DNA from: Desulfobacterales bacterium
GTDB lineage: Bacteria > Desulfobacterota > Desulfobacteria > Desulfobacterales > UBA5852
Assembly: GCA_963674755.2 (NCBI GenBank)
Contig: CAXXVS010000003.1
Location: 2,208,001 to 2,272,000, forward strand
Direction of reading: 5' to 3'
DNA: 64,000 nucleotides
Each line of letters begins with the position of its first letter. The stretch's first letter is position 1. This document shows positions 48,721 through 59,165 of the stretch, piece by piece. A program made the position numbers and the translations under genes. Below the pieces are notes generated by a model, which had not been told where the DNA came from, did not search any database, and was given only the letters and a program-made list of their open reading frames with translations.

Positions 48721-51700
48721 GTGAAATGCCCAAATTGCCAGTTTGAGAACCCAAACGGCATGAAATATTGTGGCGAATGTGGGCAAGAAATCCATCCCTC
48801 ATGCCCGCGTTGCGGTTTCACCAATCCTCTCAACTTTAAATTCTGTGGAAATTGTGGCTGTGGGTTATCAGCCGTGGAAAAAGCAATGGTCGATATTGCT
48901 CCACAGCCTGAGGAAATCCCCGTTGGTGAAGATTACCATAATGAGAATGCCTGCTACGGTCCAGATAGCGAGCGCAAATGCGTCACCGTCATGTTTTCAG
49001 ACCTGACGGGCTATACGGAAATGTCCGAGAAGCTCGATCCAGAAGAGGTCAAAGAAATCACAAGCGCTATTTTTGGCGAACTTACCAAAATCATCGAAAA
49101 GTATGATGGATTTATCGAAAAATACATCGGTGACGCCATCCTTGTCGTTTTTGGCGCGAAGGAGGCCTTTGAAGATAGCGCCCTGAGAGCCATCAAAGCA
49201 GCCCGCGAAATCCACGCTCATGTCGAATCCGTTAGTCCCAAATACGAAGAACTTATCGGTCGTGCTCTAACCATGCACACCGGTATCAAAACCGGTGTCG
49301 TCGTGACGGGCGAGATCAACTTTGAAAAGGGCACCCATGGCCTTGTGGGAGACACCATAAACACGGCAGCCAGAATAATGAGCGTCAGTCAGTCCGGAGA
49401 AATCATTGTCGATAAAAATTCTTTTACTCAAACCGAGGCGTATTTCGAGTTCGAAGCCCTGGAACCTGTCATGGTCAAAGGGAAAAAGAACCCCATTCCG
49501 ATCTATAGGGTCACCAAATCGATTCACACGCCTCAAAAACTCCATAGATTGCATGGTCTGCGGTCTGAGCTCATAGGACGCTCCATTGAAATGCAGATCT
49601 TGGAGGAGTCGATAGAGAATCTGCACCAGGGCCAGACAGCGATTTTGTCCGTAAGTGGTACCGCAGGTACTGGAAAAAGTCGCCTAGTCTTGGAATTCAA
49701 GGGAAAACTTGATCTTAACAATATCCAATGGTTTGATGCCCATGCCTATCCGCATACTCAAAACACCCCATACTCTCCATTGATCGATCTTTTTACCAGG
49801 ACCTTTCGAATTGAAGAAGGTGACGGTACTGAAACGATCCAAGGCAAAGTTGAGAATGGTTTAAAAGATGTGCCAAACCTCGATCAAAAGGCAATTTCCT
49901 ATATCCTTAGCTTGTTCTCAATAGAGACAGATGAGACACATGATGCAAGTCCTGAATTCTGGCAAAAACAGCTCTTTAAAATGGTCCGAAAAGTCATCGA
50001 AGCTTTATCGGCTCTTGGGCCAACTATAATTTGTATTGAGGATCTGCAGTGGGCAGACTCATCATTCATCCAACTTATAAAGCGCATTTCTACAACTATC
50101 AACGGAACGGTACTTTTCATTTTTACTTATCGCCCTCATTTTTCTCTTTTTGATGACGATATTCCTAATGAGATTAAAGACCGATATCGCGATATTCCCC
50201 TCAAAGAGCTATCTGCTCGTGAATCCTCGCTGATGATAAAATCATTACTGAGGACAGAAGACGTTCCTAAGAAACTTTATAAATTTGCAGAGCAGAAAGC
50301 CCAAGGTAACCCTTTTTACATCGAGGAAATGATCAATTCTCTAATCGAAAGCGATATCATAATCCATGACGATGGAAACTGGCTCCAGACTCGTCAAATC
50401 ACTGAGGTAGACATCCCAGTAACTATTCACGGTTTGCTTGCAGCACGTGTCGATCGGTTAGAGAAACGAATCAAGCGGATTTTGCAGGAAGCATCAGTAA
50501 TAGGCCGGTCATTTCTTTTTAGAATACTTGAGAGGATTTCAGATATCAACAGTGGAATCGATCAGTGTCTTAGAAGTCTTGTGAATTTAGACTTGATTAT
50601 TATGCAATCTATAGAACCGGATCTTGAGTATATTTTTAAACATGCGTTGATTCAAGAGGTGGTTTATAATGGCTTGCTAATAAAAGAGAGGAAGGAAATT
50701 CATGAGCGCATTGCATCTTCTATCGAACAAATCTTTAAAGACAGGCTACCTGAGTTTTATGAAAATCTTGCATTTCATTTCCGACTAGGAAAATCAGGAA
50801 ATAAAGCTGTAGAGTATATGATAAAAGCAGGTGAAAAAAGTTACTCCCGGTTTTCTTTGGAGGAAGCGCATCAATACTTTAGTGGAGCATACAATTTGCT
50901 CATTGAAAATGATAAATGTACAGAAAAAGAAAATCAAGCTATAGTTGATCTAATAATTAAATGGGGAAACGTCCTTAACTGTCGCGGAGACTTTAATCAT
51001 TTAGAAAAACTTTTGATTGCCAATGAAAGGATAGCTAAGTCTATAGACGACAAGGAAAGACTGGGCATGTTTTATGCTTGGTTTGGTTATACCCTTAGAT
51101 CCAATGAAAAGCTCCGAGAAGGTTATCTTTATTTGATCGAAGCCCTTCAAATTGGAGAGGAGATATCAAACCAAAAAATAGTTGGATATGCCTGTTGCTG
51201 GCTTACCTGGTGTTGTGCTGACATGGGTCGTCTAGATGAAGCAATCAAGTATGGTAAACGCGCTAAGGAATTGATTCCGGCATTAAATTTAGATAGAGAT
51301 TTTATTCGTTTTACGCTCGCTGGGTTGGGAATGAGCCATTTCTTTAAAGGCGATTGTCAACAAGTTTTTAAGATTGGAAATGATCTTTTGGGATATGGAA
51401 AACAAAAATCTGACATCAGATGTATGACTCAAGGATATAATATAATTGGCTGGAGTTATTATGTCGCTGGAAATTATGATCAAGCGATTCAGAACTTTCA
51501 GATAGCAACTCAAATATCCGCAGACTTAGTTTTCGAAATAACAGCACATTTGTTCTTAGGTATCTCATATATATTGAGTAAGAGATTGGATGAAGCAGCA
51601 GAAACGTTTGATAATATATCTCATCATATAGAGAAAACAAACGCTAAGTTTATTGGAAACTTCGCCCAGTTTTTTTTCAGTGTATATAGCGTCTCACAGG

Positions 51701-52122
51701 GAGAATTAGAATACGGTCTATTAAAAGCCAAGAATGTAACTGACTCCTTTCTTGAAAATGGTAGTATGTATCGATATGCTTCAGCCAATCATGTTTTAGG
51801 TAGAGTTTATTCAAGTTTAGCTGTTGGAGATAACAGGAAAAGTATTTCCCTTTTTGTTAAAAATCTCTTTTTCCTGATAAGAAACATTCCATTTGCAAGC
51901 AAAAAAGCCGTAAATTATTTTGATGAATCCATTTCTGTTGCCAAAAAAATCGGTGCAAAGGGAATATTGGGGCAAGCTTATCTTGATTTAGGGCTTCTTT
52001 ACAAAGCTAAAAAGAGAAACCACAAAGCACAAGAATATATTTTAGAGGCTGTAAAAATTTTCGACGAATGCAATGCTGATGTATTTCAAAAAATAGCGAA
52101 AGAGTCACTGCCGACACTTTGA
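48721..52122 (+). CDS. Zn-ribbon + class III nucleotide cyclase + STAND-type ATPase + TPR-like protein
   Basis: Four CxxC, FSDLTGYT, EKYIGDAI, GDTINTAAR, GTAGTGKSRL, IEDLQWAD, GNPFYIEE, FKHALIQEVVY, helical repeats; GTG 48721. Confidence 0.92.
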   Translation: MKCPNCQFENPNGMKYCGECGQEIHPSCPRCGFTNPLNFKFCGNCGCGLSAVEKAMVDIAPQPEEIPVGEDYHNENACYGPDSERKCVTVMFSDLTGYTEMSEKLDPEEVKEITSAIFGELTKIIEKYDGFIEKYIGDAILVVFGAKEAFEDSALRAIKAAREIHAHVESVSPKYEELIGRALTMHTGIKTGVVVTGEINFEKGTHGLVGDTINTAARIMSVSQSGEIIVDKNSFTQTEAYFEFEALEPVMVKGKKNPIPIYRVTKSIHTPQKLHRLHGLRSELIGRSIEMQILEESIENLHQGQTAILSVSGTAGTGKSRLVLEFKGKLDLNNIQWFDAHAYPHTQNTPYSPLIDLFTRTFRIEEGDGTETIQGKVENGLKDVPNLDQKAISYILSLFSIETDETHDASPEFWQKQLFKMVRKVIEALSALGPTIICIEDLQWADSSFIQLIKRISTTINGTVLFIFTYRPHFSLFDDDIPNEIKDRYRDIPLKELSARESSLMIKSLLRTEDVPKKLYKFAEQKAQGNPFYIEEMINSLIESDIIIHDDGNWLQTRQITEVDIPVTIHGLLAARVDRLEKRIKRILQEASVIGRSFLFRILERISDINSGIDQCLRSLVNLDLIIMQSIEPDLEYIFKHALIQEVVYNGLLIKERKEIHERIASSIEQIFKDRLPEFYENLAFHFRLGKSGNKAVEYMIKAGEKSYSRFSLEEAHQYFSGAYNLLIENDKCTEKENQAIVDLIIKWGNVLNCRGDFNHLEKLLIANERIAKSIDDKERLGMFYAWFGYTLRSNEKLREGYLYLIEALQIGEEISNQKIVGYACCWLTWCCADMGRLDEAIKYGKRAKELIPALNLDRDFIRFTLAGLGMSHFFKGDCQQVFKIGNDLLGYGKQKSDIRCMTQGYNIIGWSYYVAGNYDQAIQNFQIATQISADLVFEITAHLFLGISYILSKRLDEAAETFDNISHHIEKTNAKFIGNFAQFFFSVYSVSQGELEYGLLKAKNVTDSFLENGSMYRYASANHVLGRVYSSLAVGDNRKSISLFVKNLFFLIRNIPFASKKAVNYFDESISVAKKIGAKGILGQAYLDLGLLYKAKKRNHKAQEYILEAVKIFDECNADVFQKIAKESLPTL

Positions 52123-52445
52123 TTATTTTTCAGCAAAATCAGAATGCTTTCTCTATGCCTTTGGGGATCTGATACTTCAGACATGAACCTACAGCCGCAT
52201 ACCCCTAAATTACTTCATTCTATCTGAAATATCGACTGAATGCGGATATCTGCTATGTAACACACCTTCATAGAATGCCTGCCACAGAATATGGTGATCG
52301 GCCTTTACCCGCGAAAAGCGTCGGTTGGGCAGTGCCTGCGATAGCCTGAACCGCCGACCTCCCATTTATTTCATCTCAATGTGATAGGTGTTACGGCCTA
52401 ATTAGCAATCGAAGTCGATGGCTGTTCCTAAAAAAAAGACAGCGA

Positions 52446-52985
52446 TCACTTTTTTGGAAAGGCGACCGTATGGGAACGATTATGGAGGTTCCGGAATGCC
52501 GCTAACTCCCGTACGATTTTGCGTAGCGAGTAGCCTACCATGATAGCTCCGGAAACGGGCATGCAGGCATACAGGAATCGCCTTGATACGTTGAAAACCG
52601 GCGTCCAGTCACGGGCTTGCAGCGTCAGCTGCAGGGATTGGTAGAAAAAGATGGCAATAAAGATAAGGGATATGACTTCGATCGTTGCAGCTACCAAATG
52701 ACCGCTGGGCGTTCCCTTGAGTTTTTCATTGATCCACTCCAGGCGGAAATGGTCGTCCCGGGCCCAGAGGGCCGCCGCACCGAAGAAGACCATCCAGGCA
52801 AACATGCACTCCACCACCTCGTCGAACCAGTAAAAAGCGGCCACCGGGAAGATGCGGACGAACACATTGCCGGCCAGCAGCAGGAGCAGAATCGTAAAGC
52901 AGCACACGCAAATCAGGCGCAGCGTGAAGACAAGTCCGCGGTCCAGAGCGGCCCCTATGTGTGCGGGTGTTGTAGGGTGGTTCAT
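52446..52985 (-). CDS. dctQ: TRAP small permease
   Basis: NVFVR, WFDEV, WMVFFGAA, HFRLE; four TM. Confidence 0.88.
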   Translation of the reverse strand: MNHPTTPAHIGAALDRGLVFTLRLICVCCFTILLLLLAGNVFVRIFPVAAFYWFDEVVECMFAWMVFFGAAALWARDDHFRLEWINEKLKGTPSGHLVAATIEVISLIFIAIFFYQSLQLTLQARDWTPVFNVSRRFLYACMPVSGAIMVGYSLRKIVRELAAFRNLHNRSHTVAFPKK

Positions 52986-53004
52986 ATCCACAAGGGGGGA
53001 CCTC

Positions 53005-54291
53005 CTATTTCCCCATGACCAGGTTCGGCAGCCAGAGGGATACCGCGGGAACAAAGGCCACCACCAGCAGCACCAGGAAAATGCCGAGCAGGTAAGGCCA
53101 CATTTCCTTTGATAATTCCACGATGGAAAGCTTGGTGATGCTGGATACGGCATACAGACACATGCCCACCGGCGGTGTCAGCAGTCCGATCATGGAGGCC
53201 AGGGTCATTACCACCCCGAACTGCACCGGGTCGATGGCGAAGTGCACGATGATTTTCTGGAAGATCGGGATGGTAATGAGCAGGACGGCAATTCCTTCCA
53301 AAAAGCAGCCGAAGATCAACAGGACAAAGATGATGATCAGCATCACCAAGGCGGCGTTGGTGCTCAGGGTGGTGAGACCGGTGATCACCTGCACCGGGAT
53401 GCGGTGCAGGATCAGCAGCCAGCCGAAAAAACCGGCCGTGGCAATGATGAACATGATGCGCACCGTATGGGTGAGGGTGTTCCAGAAGATTTCGGGAAGA
53501 TCACGGATGCGGATGCTGCGGTAGATGACCAGACCGAGGAACAGGGCATACAGGCAGGCCACCACCGAGGCTTCGGTGGGAGTGAACTGGCCGCTTAAAA
53601 TTCCTCCGACGATGATGGCCGGCGTCAGCAGCGGCAGGGTGGCGGCCTTGCCGCTGTTGATAATTTCTTTGAAGGAAGCACGCTGGTCCCGGGGGTAGCG
53701 GCGATGACGGGAAACGAAGTAGACGGCCACCATGAGGGCGAGCCCCATCAACACCCCTGGTAAGACGCCCGCCAGGAAAAGCCGGCCCACGGATACTTCG
53801 GTGAGATAGCCGTAGATCACCAGCGGGATACTGGGGGGGATGACCGGCCCGATGGTGGAGGAGGCCGCCGTGATGGCGGCCGAAAAGCGCCAGTCATAGC
53901 CGTTGTCTTTCATGGCCTTCATTTCGATCATGCCCAGACCGGCCGCATCGGCCACGGCGGCCCCCGACATGCCCGAAAAGATCATGCTGGCAATGACATT
54001 GACCTGCCCCAGGCCGCCCCAGATATGCCCGACCAGGGCCCGGGCAAAGCGGAAAATGCGCTCGGTAATCCCGCCGGTGTTCATCAGATTACCGGCCAGG
54101 ATAAAGAAAGGAATGGCCAGCAGGGTGAAGGACGTGGTGGAGGCGTACATCCGCTGGGCCACCATGGTGAGGATATCGGCCTGGCCCATGACCAGAAAGG
54201 TCGCCACGGCCGTAAGCCCCATGCTCACGGCAACGGGAACTCCCAGCAGAATCAGCCCGATCAGGGCGGCAAAAATCAGCAGTGTCGTCAT
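53005..54291 (-). CDS. dctM: TRAP large permease
   Basis: LLAIPFFILAG, SGAAVAD, IPPSIP, TPTEA, LTPPVG. Confidence 0.95.
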   Translation of the reverse strand: MTTLLIFAALIGLILLGVPVAVSMGLTAVATFLVMGQADILTMVAQRMYASTTSFTLLAIPFFILAGNLMNTGGITERIFRFARALVGHIWGGLGQVNVIASMIFSGMSGAAVADAAGLGMIEMKAMKDNGYDWRFSAAITAASSTIGPVIPPSIPLVIYGYLTEVSVGRLFLAGVLPGVLMGLALMVAVYFVSRHRRYPRDQRASFKEIINSGKAATLPLLTPAIIVGGILSGQFTPTEASVVACLYALFLGLVIYRSIRIRDLPEIFWNTLTHTVRIMFIIATAGFFGWLLILHRIPVQVITGLTTLSTNAALVMLIIIFVLLIFGCFLEGIAVLLITIPIFQKIIVHFAIDPVQFGVVMTLASMIGLLTPPVGMCLYAVSSITKLSIVELSKEMWPYLLGIFLVLLVVAFVPAVSLWLPNLVMGK

Positions 54292-54487
54292 CGCTCATCC
54301 ACTCTGGGGCATGCAGGGCAGGTAGCCGCCGGGCACCGTCCATCTGAATTGGGCGAAGAAGAGATCGATGCCGGCGGCGGATTGTCTCACGTTGCTATCA
54401 GCGTCTGTCCAGAGGTGGTCGATTTTGGTTGCGGCCAAAGTGCGATAACGTCGGCCGGGGACGAAAGTTGCCATTTATGGACGAACA

Positions 54488-55471
54488 CTATTTGGCTTCC
54501 TCCACAATCTTCAGAAAATATTCCACATTCTCCGGGCCGACGGAGGCCTTCATGCGTTTGTAGGCCGGCCCCATTTTGGCTTTGAACAGGGCCACGTCCG
54601 GGTAAGTGACTTCCATGCCCAGCTCCTGCAGCTTGGTGAGCTGATCGGCCTCGGCATCCCGCAGGGTTTGTCGCATGAAGTCGCCGGCCTTCTTGCTTTC
54701 CTCCCGTACGATTTGCTGCTGTTCCGGGGTCAGCTTGTCCCAGGTCTTTTTGCTCATCACGTGGACCATGGAATTGTAGGTGTGCCCGGTCATGGCCAGG
54801 TACTTCTGGGTTTCGTAGATTTTGAAGGCGTAGATGACGCTGACCGGGTTCTCCTGGCCGTCCACGACACCTTGCTTCAGCGCCATGGGGAGTTCGGAGA
54901 ACTGGATGGTCTGTACGGTGGCGCCCAGGGCTTCCATGGCGGACTGATTGGAGAGCTCGGGCGGGGTGCGGATCTTCAATCCCTTGACGTCATCGGGCGT
55001 GTTGATGGGGTGCACGCTGTTGGTCAGGTTGCGGAAGCCCCATTCCCAGTTGGACAGGAAAACCAGCCCCGCGGCTTCCAGATCCGGCTGCGCCCATTCG
55101 ATGAAGGGGCCGTCCAGGACCTTGTAGGCCTGGTCATAGCCGTCGAAGGCAAACGGCAGCATCACGCAACCGAATTTCTTGGAATACTTGGCCAGCTGCC
55201 CCTGGGTGGGCAGACTCATGTCGATGACGCCCAGCACGTTTTGTTCGAGCACTTCCGGCGGGTTGCCCAGCTCGTTGTTGGGATAGATCTCCACCGTGAT
55301 CTCTCCATTCGTGCGTTGGGCCACGCCTTCGGCAAACATCTGGGCGGCCTTGTTGCCGGCGTGTTCGGCGTTGGCATAGTGACCGAGTTTCAGAACCGTT
55401 TTGGCTTCCGAAACGGCGCCTATACTCATGACGGCAACGATCAGCAATGCGACGAAAAGCACCTTTTTCAT
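54488..55471 (-). CDS. dctP: TRAP substrate-binding protein
   Basis: Signal peptide; WGFRNLT, GLKIRTP, GVVDGQENP, TGHTY. Confidence 0.95.
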   Translation of the reverse strand: MKKVLFVALLIVAVMSIGAVSEAKTVLKLGHYANAEHAGNKAAQMFAEGVAQRTNGEITVEIYPNNELGNPPEVLEQNVLGVIDMSLPTQGQLAKYSKKFGCVMLPFAFDGYDQAYKVLDGPFIEWAQPDLEAAGLVFLSNWEWGFRNLTNSVHPINTPDDVKGLKIRTPPELSNQSAMEALGATVQTIQFSELPMALKQGVVDGQENPVSVIYAFKIYETQKYLAMTGHTYNSMVHVMSKKTWDKLTPEQQQIVREESKKAGDFMRQTLRDAEADQLTKLQELGMEVTYPDVALFKAKMGPAYKRMKASVGPENVEYFLKIVEEAK

Positions 55472-55606
55472 GATAACTCTCCCCCTAGCGTAAATGGTTG
55501 GCAGGGGCCCTACCCCTATACGCGACCCCTACAGGATGGGTGCGGCCGATGCCGCATACAACGACGCCAACTTCTCCGGTCAACCGTACGGCGGGCGGTG
55601 ATGCTT

Positions 55607-56362
55607 CTATTGCCCGCCCAATGATTGCGAGATGATCCCCGCATATTTTTTAAGCGCGGCGATTTCCGGTGCGATGCCGCGGTCGTTGTTGATGTAAGAG
55701 GGAAAAGTGACACTCACGGCGCCGACCAGACCCTCGCCGAAACCGAACACCGGTGCCGCCAGGCACAAGATCCCGCGGGTGATTTCTTCATCGTCCAGCG
55801 CGTAGCCCTGCTTGCGGATCATAGCCAATTCCTGCGCCAGCTTGCCAGGGTCGGTAATGGTCTTTTCCGTGAGTGCTTCCAGAGGCGTTTGGATCAGCGC
55901 CTGCAGCGTGTCTTTGGGTGCAAACGCCAGCAGCACTTTCCCCAGGCCGGTACAGTGCAGGGGAAAGGGTTTACCGATTTCGGAGAACAGTTTGATGCCG
56001 AAATCCCTGGATTCGATCTTGTCCACGAAAACGCCCCGTGTGCCGTCCAGGACGCCCAGATTGGTGGTGTGGTCGGTTTCCCGGTGCAGGGCCAGCAGGT
56101 GGGGTCGCACATGATCGCGCAACTGGAACTGGGACATGACCTCCGCCCCTAGGGAGGCCAGACGCAGGCTGCCGAAGTAGCGCTTGGTTTCCGGGTTGAA
56201 GGTGAGATAGCCCAGTTCAGTAAGTTCTTTGAGAATGCGGTGCACGGAGGACTTGGGCAGATCGAGCGCCGCCAGGATTTCCGAATAGGTCAGGCCTTTG
56301 TCCTGTCGGGCGACTACCGTTTCGATGACGGTGAAGACTTTGTGCAATGGGTTCATCGGCAT
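55607..56362 (-). CDS. IclR-family regulator
   Basis: LPKSSVHRIL, HCTGLGKVLLA, GYALDDEE, CLAAPV. Start could be 56356. Confidence 0.93.
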   Translation of the reverse strand: MPMNPLHKVFTVIETVVARQDKGLTYSEILAALDLPKSSVHRILKELTELGYLTFNPETKRYFGSLRLASLGAEVMSQFQLRDHVRPHLLALHRETDHTTNLGVLDGTRGVFVDKIESRDFGIKLFSEIGKPFPLHCTGLGKVLLAFAPKDTLQALIQTPLEALTEKTITDPGKLAQELAMIRKQGYALDDEEITRGILCLAAPVFGFGEGLVGAVSVTFPSYINNDRGIAPEIAALKKYAGIISQSLGGQ

Positions 56363-56430
56363 CCGGTTTCGGTTCAAGGTCGGTCGACGGGGATATCGCC
56401 GGCCATAAAGGTGGAGGAGAGCGCCAAAAT

Positions 56431-56490
56431 ATCCATATGTGGAGAAATTATCTAAATGTGGAGAATATGAGGGCCGCATGCGATTGTCAA
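56431..56490 (-). promoter_or_regulatory. Sigma70 promoter of the iclR-TRAP unit with tandem candidate operators
   Basis: Minus strand TTGACA(56490)-17 bp-TATTCT; repeats ATCCATATGTGGAGAA 56431-56446 and ATCTAAATGTGGAGAA 56450-56465. Confidence 0.7.
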
Positions 56491-56529
56491 GCAAAATCAT
56501 GTGGACACGAATTACGGCCTGGACCCTAC

Positions 56530-56558
56530 TTGACAAAGGGACGCGCCTTTTCTAGCTT
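56530..56558 (+). promoter_or_regulatory. Possible sigma70 promoter of the ABC transporter gene
   Basis: TTGACA-17 bp-TAGCTT. Confidence 0.45.
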
Positions 56559-56818
56559 TTTTGATTGCTCCTATCCATTCACCTCTTATTAATGCCACGC
56601 AACCGGTCGTCTCACACCGGTTGCCGAAAACATAAAGGGATCGCCAGGGAACGTGACAGGAAAACCATCTGACGCTGAATCGCAGCGTGCGGAGGTCGCT
56701 TCTTCGCGCACTATCGATTTTTTCATTGGTGAGGTGGCGCACAGCATCTCCATACATTCTGCAGGACCTCTCATGCCGATGACCGGCCTACGAACCCTAT
56801 TCCAAGGAGTCGATTGAT

Positions 56819-58795
56819 ATGGCAACATCGATCGCCGACAGCGGTTTGCCATCGCCTCGCATATCGCTCTGGCGGCGTTTCACCGCCATCGCCCAGCCGT
56901 ATTTTTTTCCCCGCATTCCCGGCGGGGGCAAGATAACCCTCCTTTTGCTGATCATGCTGCTGGTCTTCCTGTTCGGCCTGCTGGTGGTGCTCGTTTCCGG
57001 AATGGTGCTGACCGGCGCGCATTTCGCCCCGCAACTCACCGCTAAAATCGCCGGTGGTCTGTCCGAGGTGGTGCACCATATTTTCCACTCCGACGCTGTC
57101 CTGGTGGTGCTCGCGATCCTGGGCATTCCCGTGCTGGTCTTCGCCGGCTTCCGGCGGCATATCCAGGCCCGACGCCAGGCTTGGCTGCTCTTGGCGGCGG
57201 TTTTGCTGCTGTCCCTGTCCGTGACCGGCATCAATGTGGCCTTCAGCTACATCGGCAATTATTTCACCAATGCCCTGGTGAAAAAAAACGAGAGCATGTC
57301 CTATCTGTATGTGGCGGTCTATTTCAGCGGTTTTCTGGTGGGCATTCCCGTCATGGCCTTCTACAGCTATGTCCGAAGCTATATGGGCATGCACTGGCGG
57401 GAGTGGATGACGGGGGAATTTCTAGGAAATTACTTCAGCAATCGCAACTACTACGAGGTCGAGGCCAGCGGGCTGATCGACAACCCGGATCAGCGCATCA
57501 TGGAGGATATCCGCTCATTTACCCGGACGTCGCTGGCCTTTTTGCTGATCGTTCTGGGTTCCCTGATGGATCTGATTTCCTTTACCGGTATTCTATGGTC
57601 CAAGTCCCATCTGCTGGTGGTGGTCGTTCTGATCTACTCCGTGGCCGGCACCCTGCTGACAGCCCTGATCGGGCGGCGTCTGGTGCGCCTCAACTTCAAT
57701 CAGCTGCGTTATGAAGCGGACTTCCGCTACTCCCTCGTGCATGTCCGCGACAATACCGAATCCATCGCCTTTTATCAGGGCGAAGGCCCTGAGAAGGCCT
57801 ATGTCGGTGAGCGCTTTCGTATGGTGCTGAAGAATTTCAGTTTGCTGATCGGTTGGCAGCGGAACTTGTCCTTTTTTACCACGGCCTACAGCTATCTGCC
57901 GGTGGTGCTGCCCTATCTGGTGCTATTCGGCCCCTATTTCAGCGGCAAGATCGAATACGGCGATATGGTGCAGGCCAATTTCGCCTTTATGCAGGTCTAT
58001 GGGGCGCTGTCCCTGATCGTCTCCCAGATCGACGACATCACCAATTTTGCCGCCGGCGTTCAGCGACTGGACACCTTCGCGGAAACCATCGCACCGGATA
58101 GACCTGTCCTGCCCGAGATTTCCTCGGAGCCGGCCGACCGCTTTTTCCTAGACCGGATGACGCTCAAGACGCCGGACAGCACTCGCACCCTGATCAAGGA
58201 GTTGGACTTCACCCTGGATCCCGCCGACGACCTGATCGTGGTCGGCCGCAGCGGCGTGGGCAAAAGCTCGCTGCTCAGGGCCATTGCCGGTCTGTGGACC
58301 CGCGGCAGCGGGCGTGTCGGACGGCCGCCCCTGGAGGAGATTTTTTTCCTGCCCCAGAAACCCTACATGCTCCTGGGCAACCTGCGGGACCAACTGCGCT
58401 ATCCCAAGCTCGACATGACGATTTCGGACGCGGCCCTGCAGCAAATGCTCGAAACGGCGCGGCTGGCCGGTCTGGCCGAGCGCATGGGGGGCTTCGATGT
58501 GGTGCTGGACTGGGCCGATGTCCTCTCCCTGGGGGAGCAGCAGCGCCTGGCCTTCGCCCGCCTGCTGATCCACCGGCCCGGTTTCGCCGTCCTGGACGAA
58601 GCCACGAGTGCCCTGGATCCGGAAAACGAAGCCCATCTCTACGGCACATTAAAGGCCATGGGGATTCACTACATCAGCGTGGGGCATCGCCCCTCCCTGC
58701 TGGACTACCATACCCGGGTGCTTGAACTGGCCGACGAGGCCCACTGGCGGATTTTGCCGGTAGAGGACTATCGCAACCGGGAGGCCCTGCCCTGA
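56819..58795 (+). CDS. Fused ABC transporter, ABCD/YddA/BacA-like
   Basis: IDNPDQRI, YEADFRYSLVHVRDNTESIAFY, GRSGVGKSS, LSLGEQQRL, LDEATSALD, SVGHR. Confidence 0.92.
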   Translation: MATSIADSGLPSPRISLWRRFTAIAQPYFFPRIPGGGKITLLLLIMLLVFLFGLLVVLVSGMVLTGAHFAPQLTAKIAGGLSEVVHHIFHSDAVLVVLAILGIPVLVFAGFRRHIQARRQAWLLLAAVLLLSLSVTGINVAFSYIGNYFTNALVKKNESMSYLYVAVYFSGFLVGIPVMAFYSYVRSYMGMHWREWMTGEFLGNYFSNRNYYEVEASGLIDNPDQRIMEDIRSFTRTSLAFLLIVLGSLMDLISFTGILWSKSHLLVVVVLIYSVAGTLLTALIGRRLVRLNFNQLRYEADFRYSLVHVRDNTESIAFYQGEGPEKAYVGERFRMVLKNFSLLIGWQRNLSFFTTAYSYLPVVLPYLVLFGPYFSGKIEYGDMVQANFAFMQVYGALSLIVSQIDDITNFAAGVQRLDTFAETIAPDRPVLPEISSEPADRFFLDRMTLKTPDSTRTLIKELDFTLDPADDLIVVGRSGVGKSSLLRAIAGLWTRGSGRVGRPPLEEIFFLPQKPYMLLGNLRDQLRYPKLDMTISDAALQQMLETARLAGLAERMGGFDVVLDWADVLSLGEQQRLAFARLLIHRPGFAVLDEATSALDPENEAHLYGTLKAMGIHYISVGHRPSLLDYHTRVLELADEAHWRILPVEDYRNREALP

Positions 58796-58815
58796 GTTTC
58801 AATTTATAATTTCAA

Positions 58816-59095
58816 CCTCGGGTGGAGGGCCTGGAGGGGAGCCACCGATCTGGTTTTATTGGGGGGGTGTTGTTACTTTTCTTCCGCGTGGCAGAAAAGT
58901 AACCAAAAGAAGACGCCCGTGTCCCGCGTACCCTGCGCGTCGTCCAACCGGCCGGAGCGCGCGGAAACTCGCCCCGCCTTCGCCAAGGCTGCGGCGGGGC
59001 TCGGACAGTCCGCGCCCTTTTATCCGGCCGCCTTGCCGATGCTCGGCGCGGGACAAAGGGAAATGCGAAGATCAAAGACTAAGAAACCGTTTCAG
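58816..59095 (+). repeat. Structured intergenic repeat, copy 2
   Basis: Same block order as copy 1; lies between convergent genes. Confidence 0.9.
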
Positions 59096-59165
59096 GTCCC
59101 CTTCGAGGGGGGGGCTACCTGAAGCCTCCCGCTCTGCGGGAAGGGCCTTTCTTCCGGACGGTACA

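Noticed and set aside
56581..56818. Cobalamin riboswitch
   Set aside because: Could not find the conserved B12-box or core motifs; kept only as a generic structured leader.
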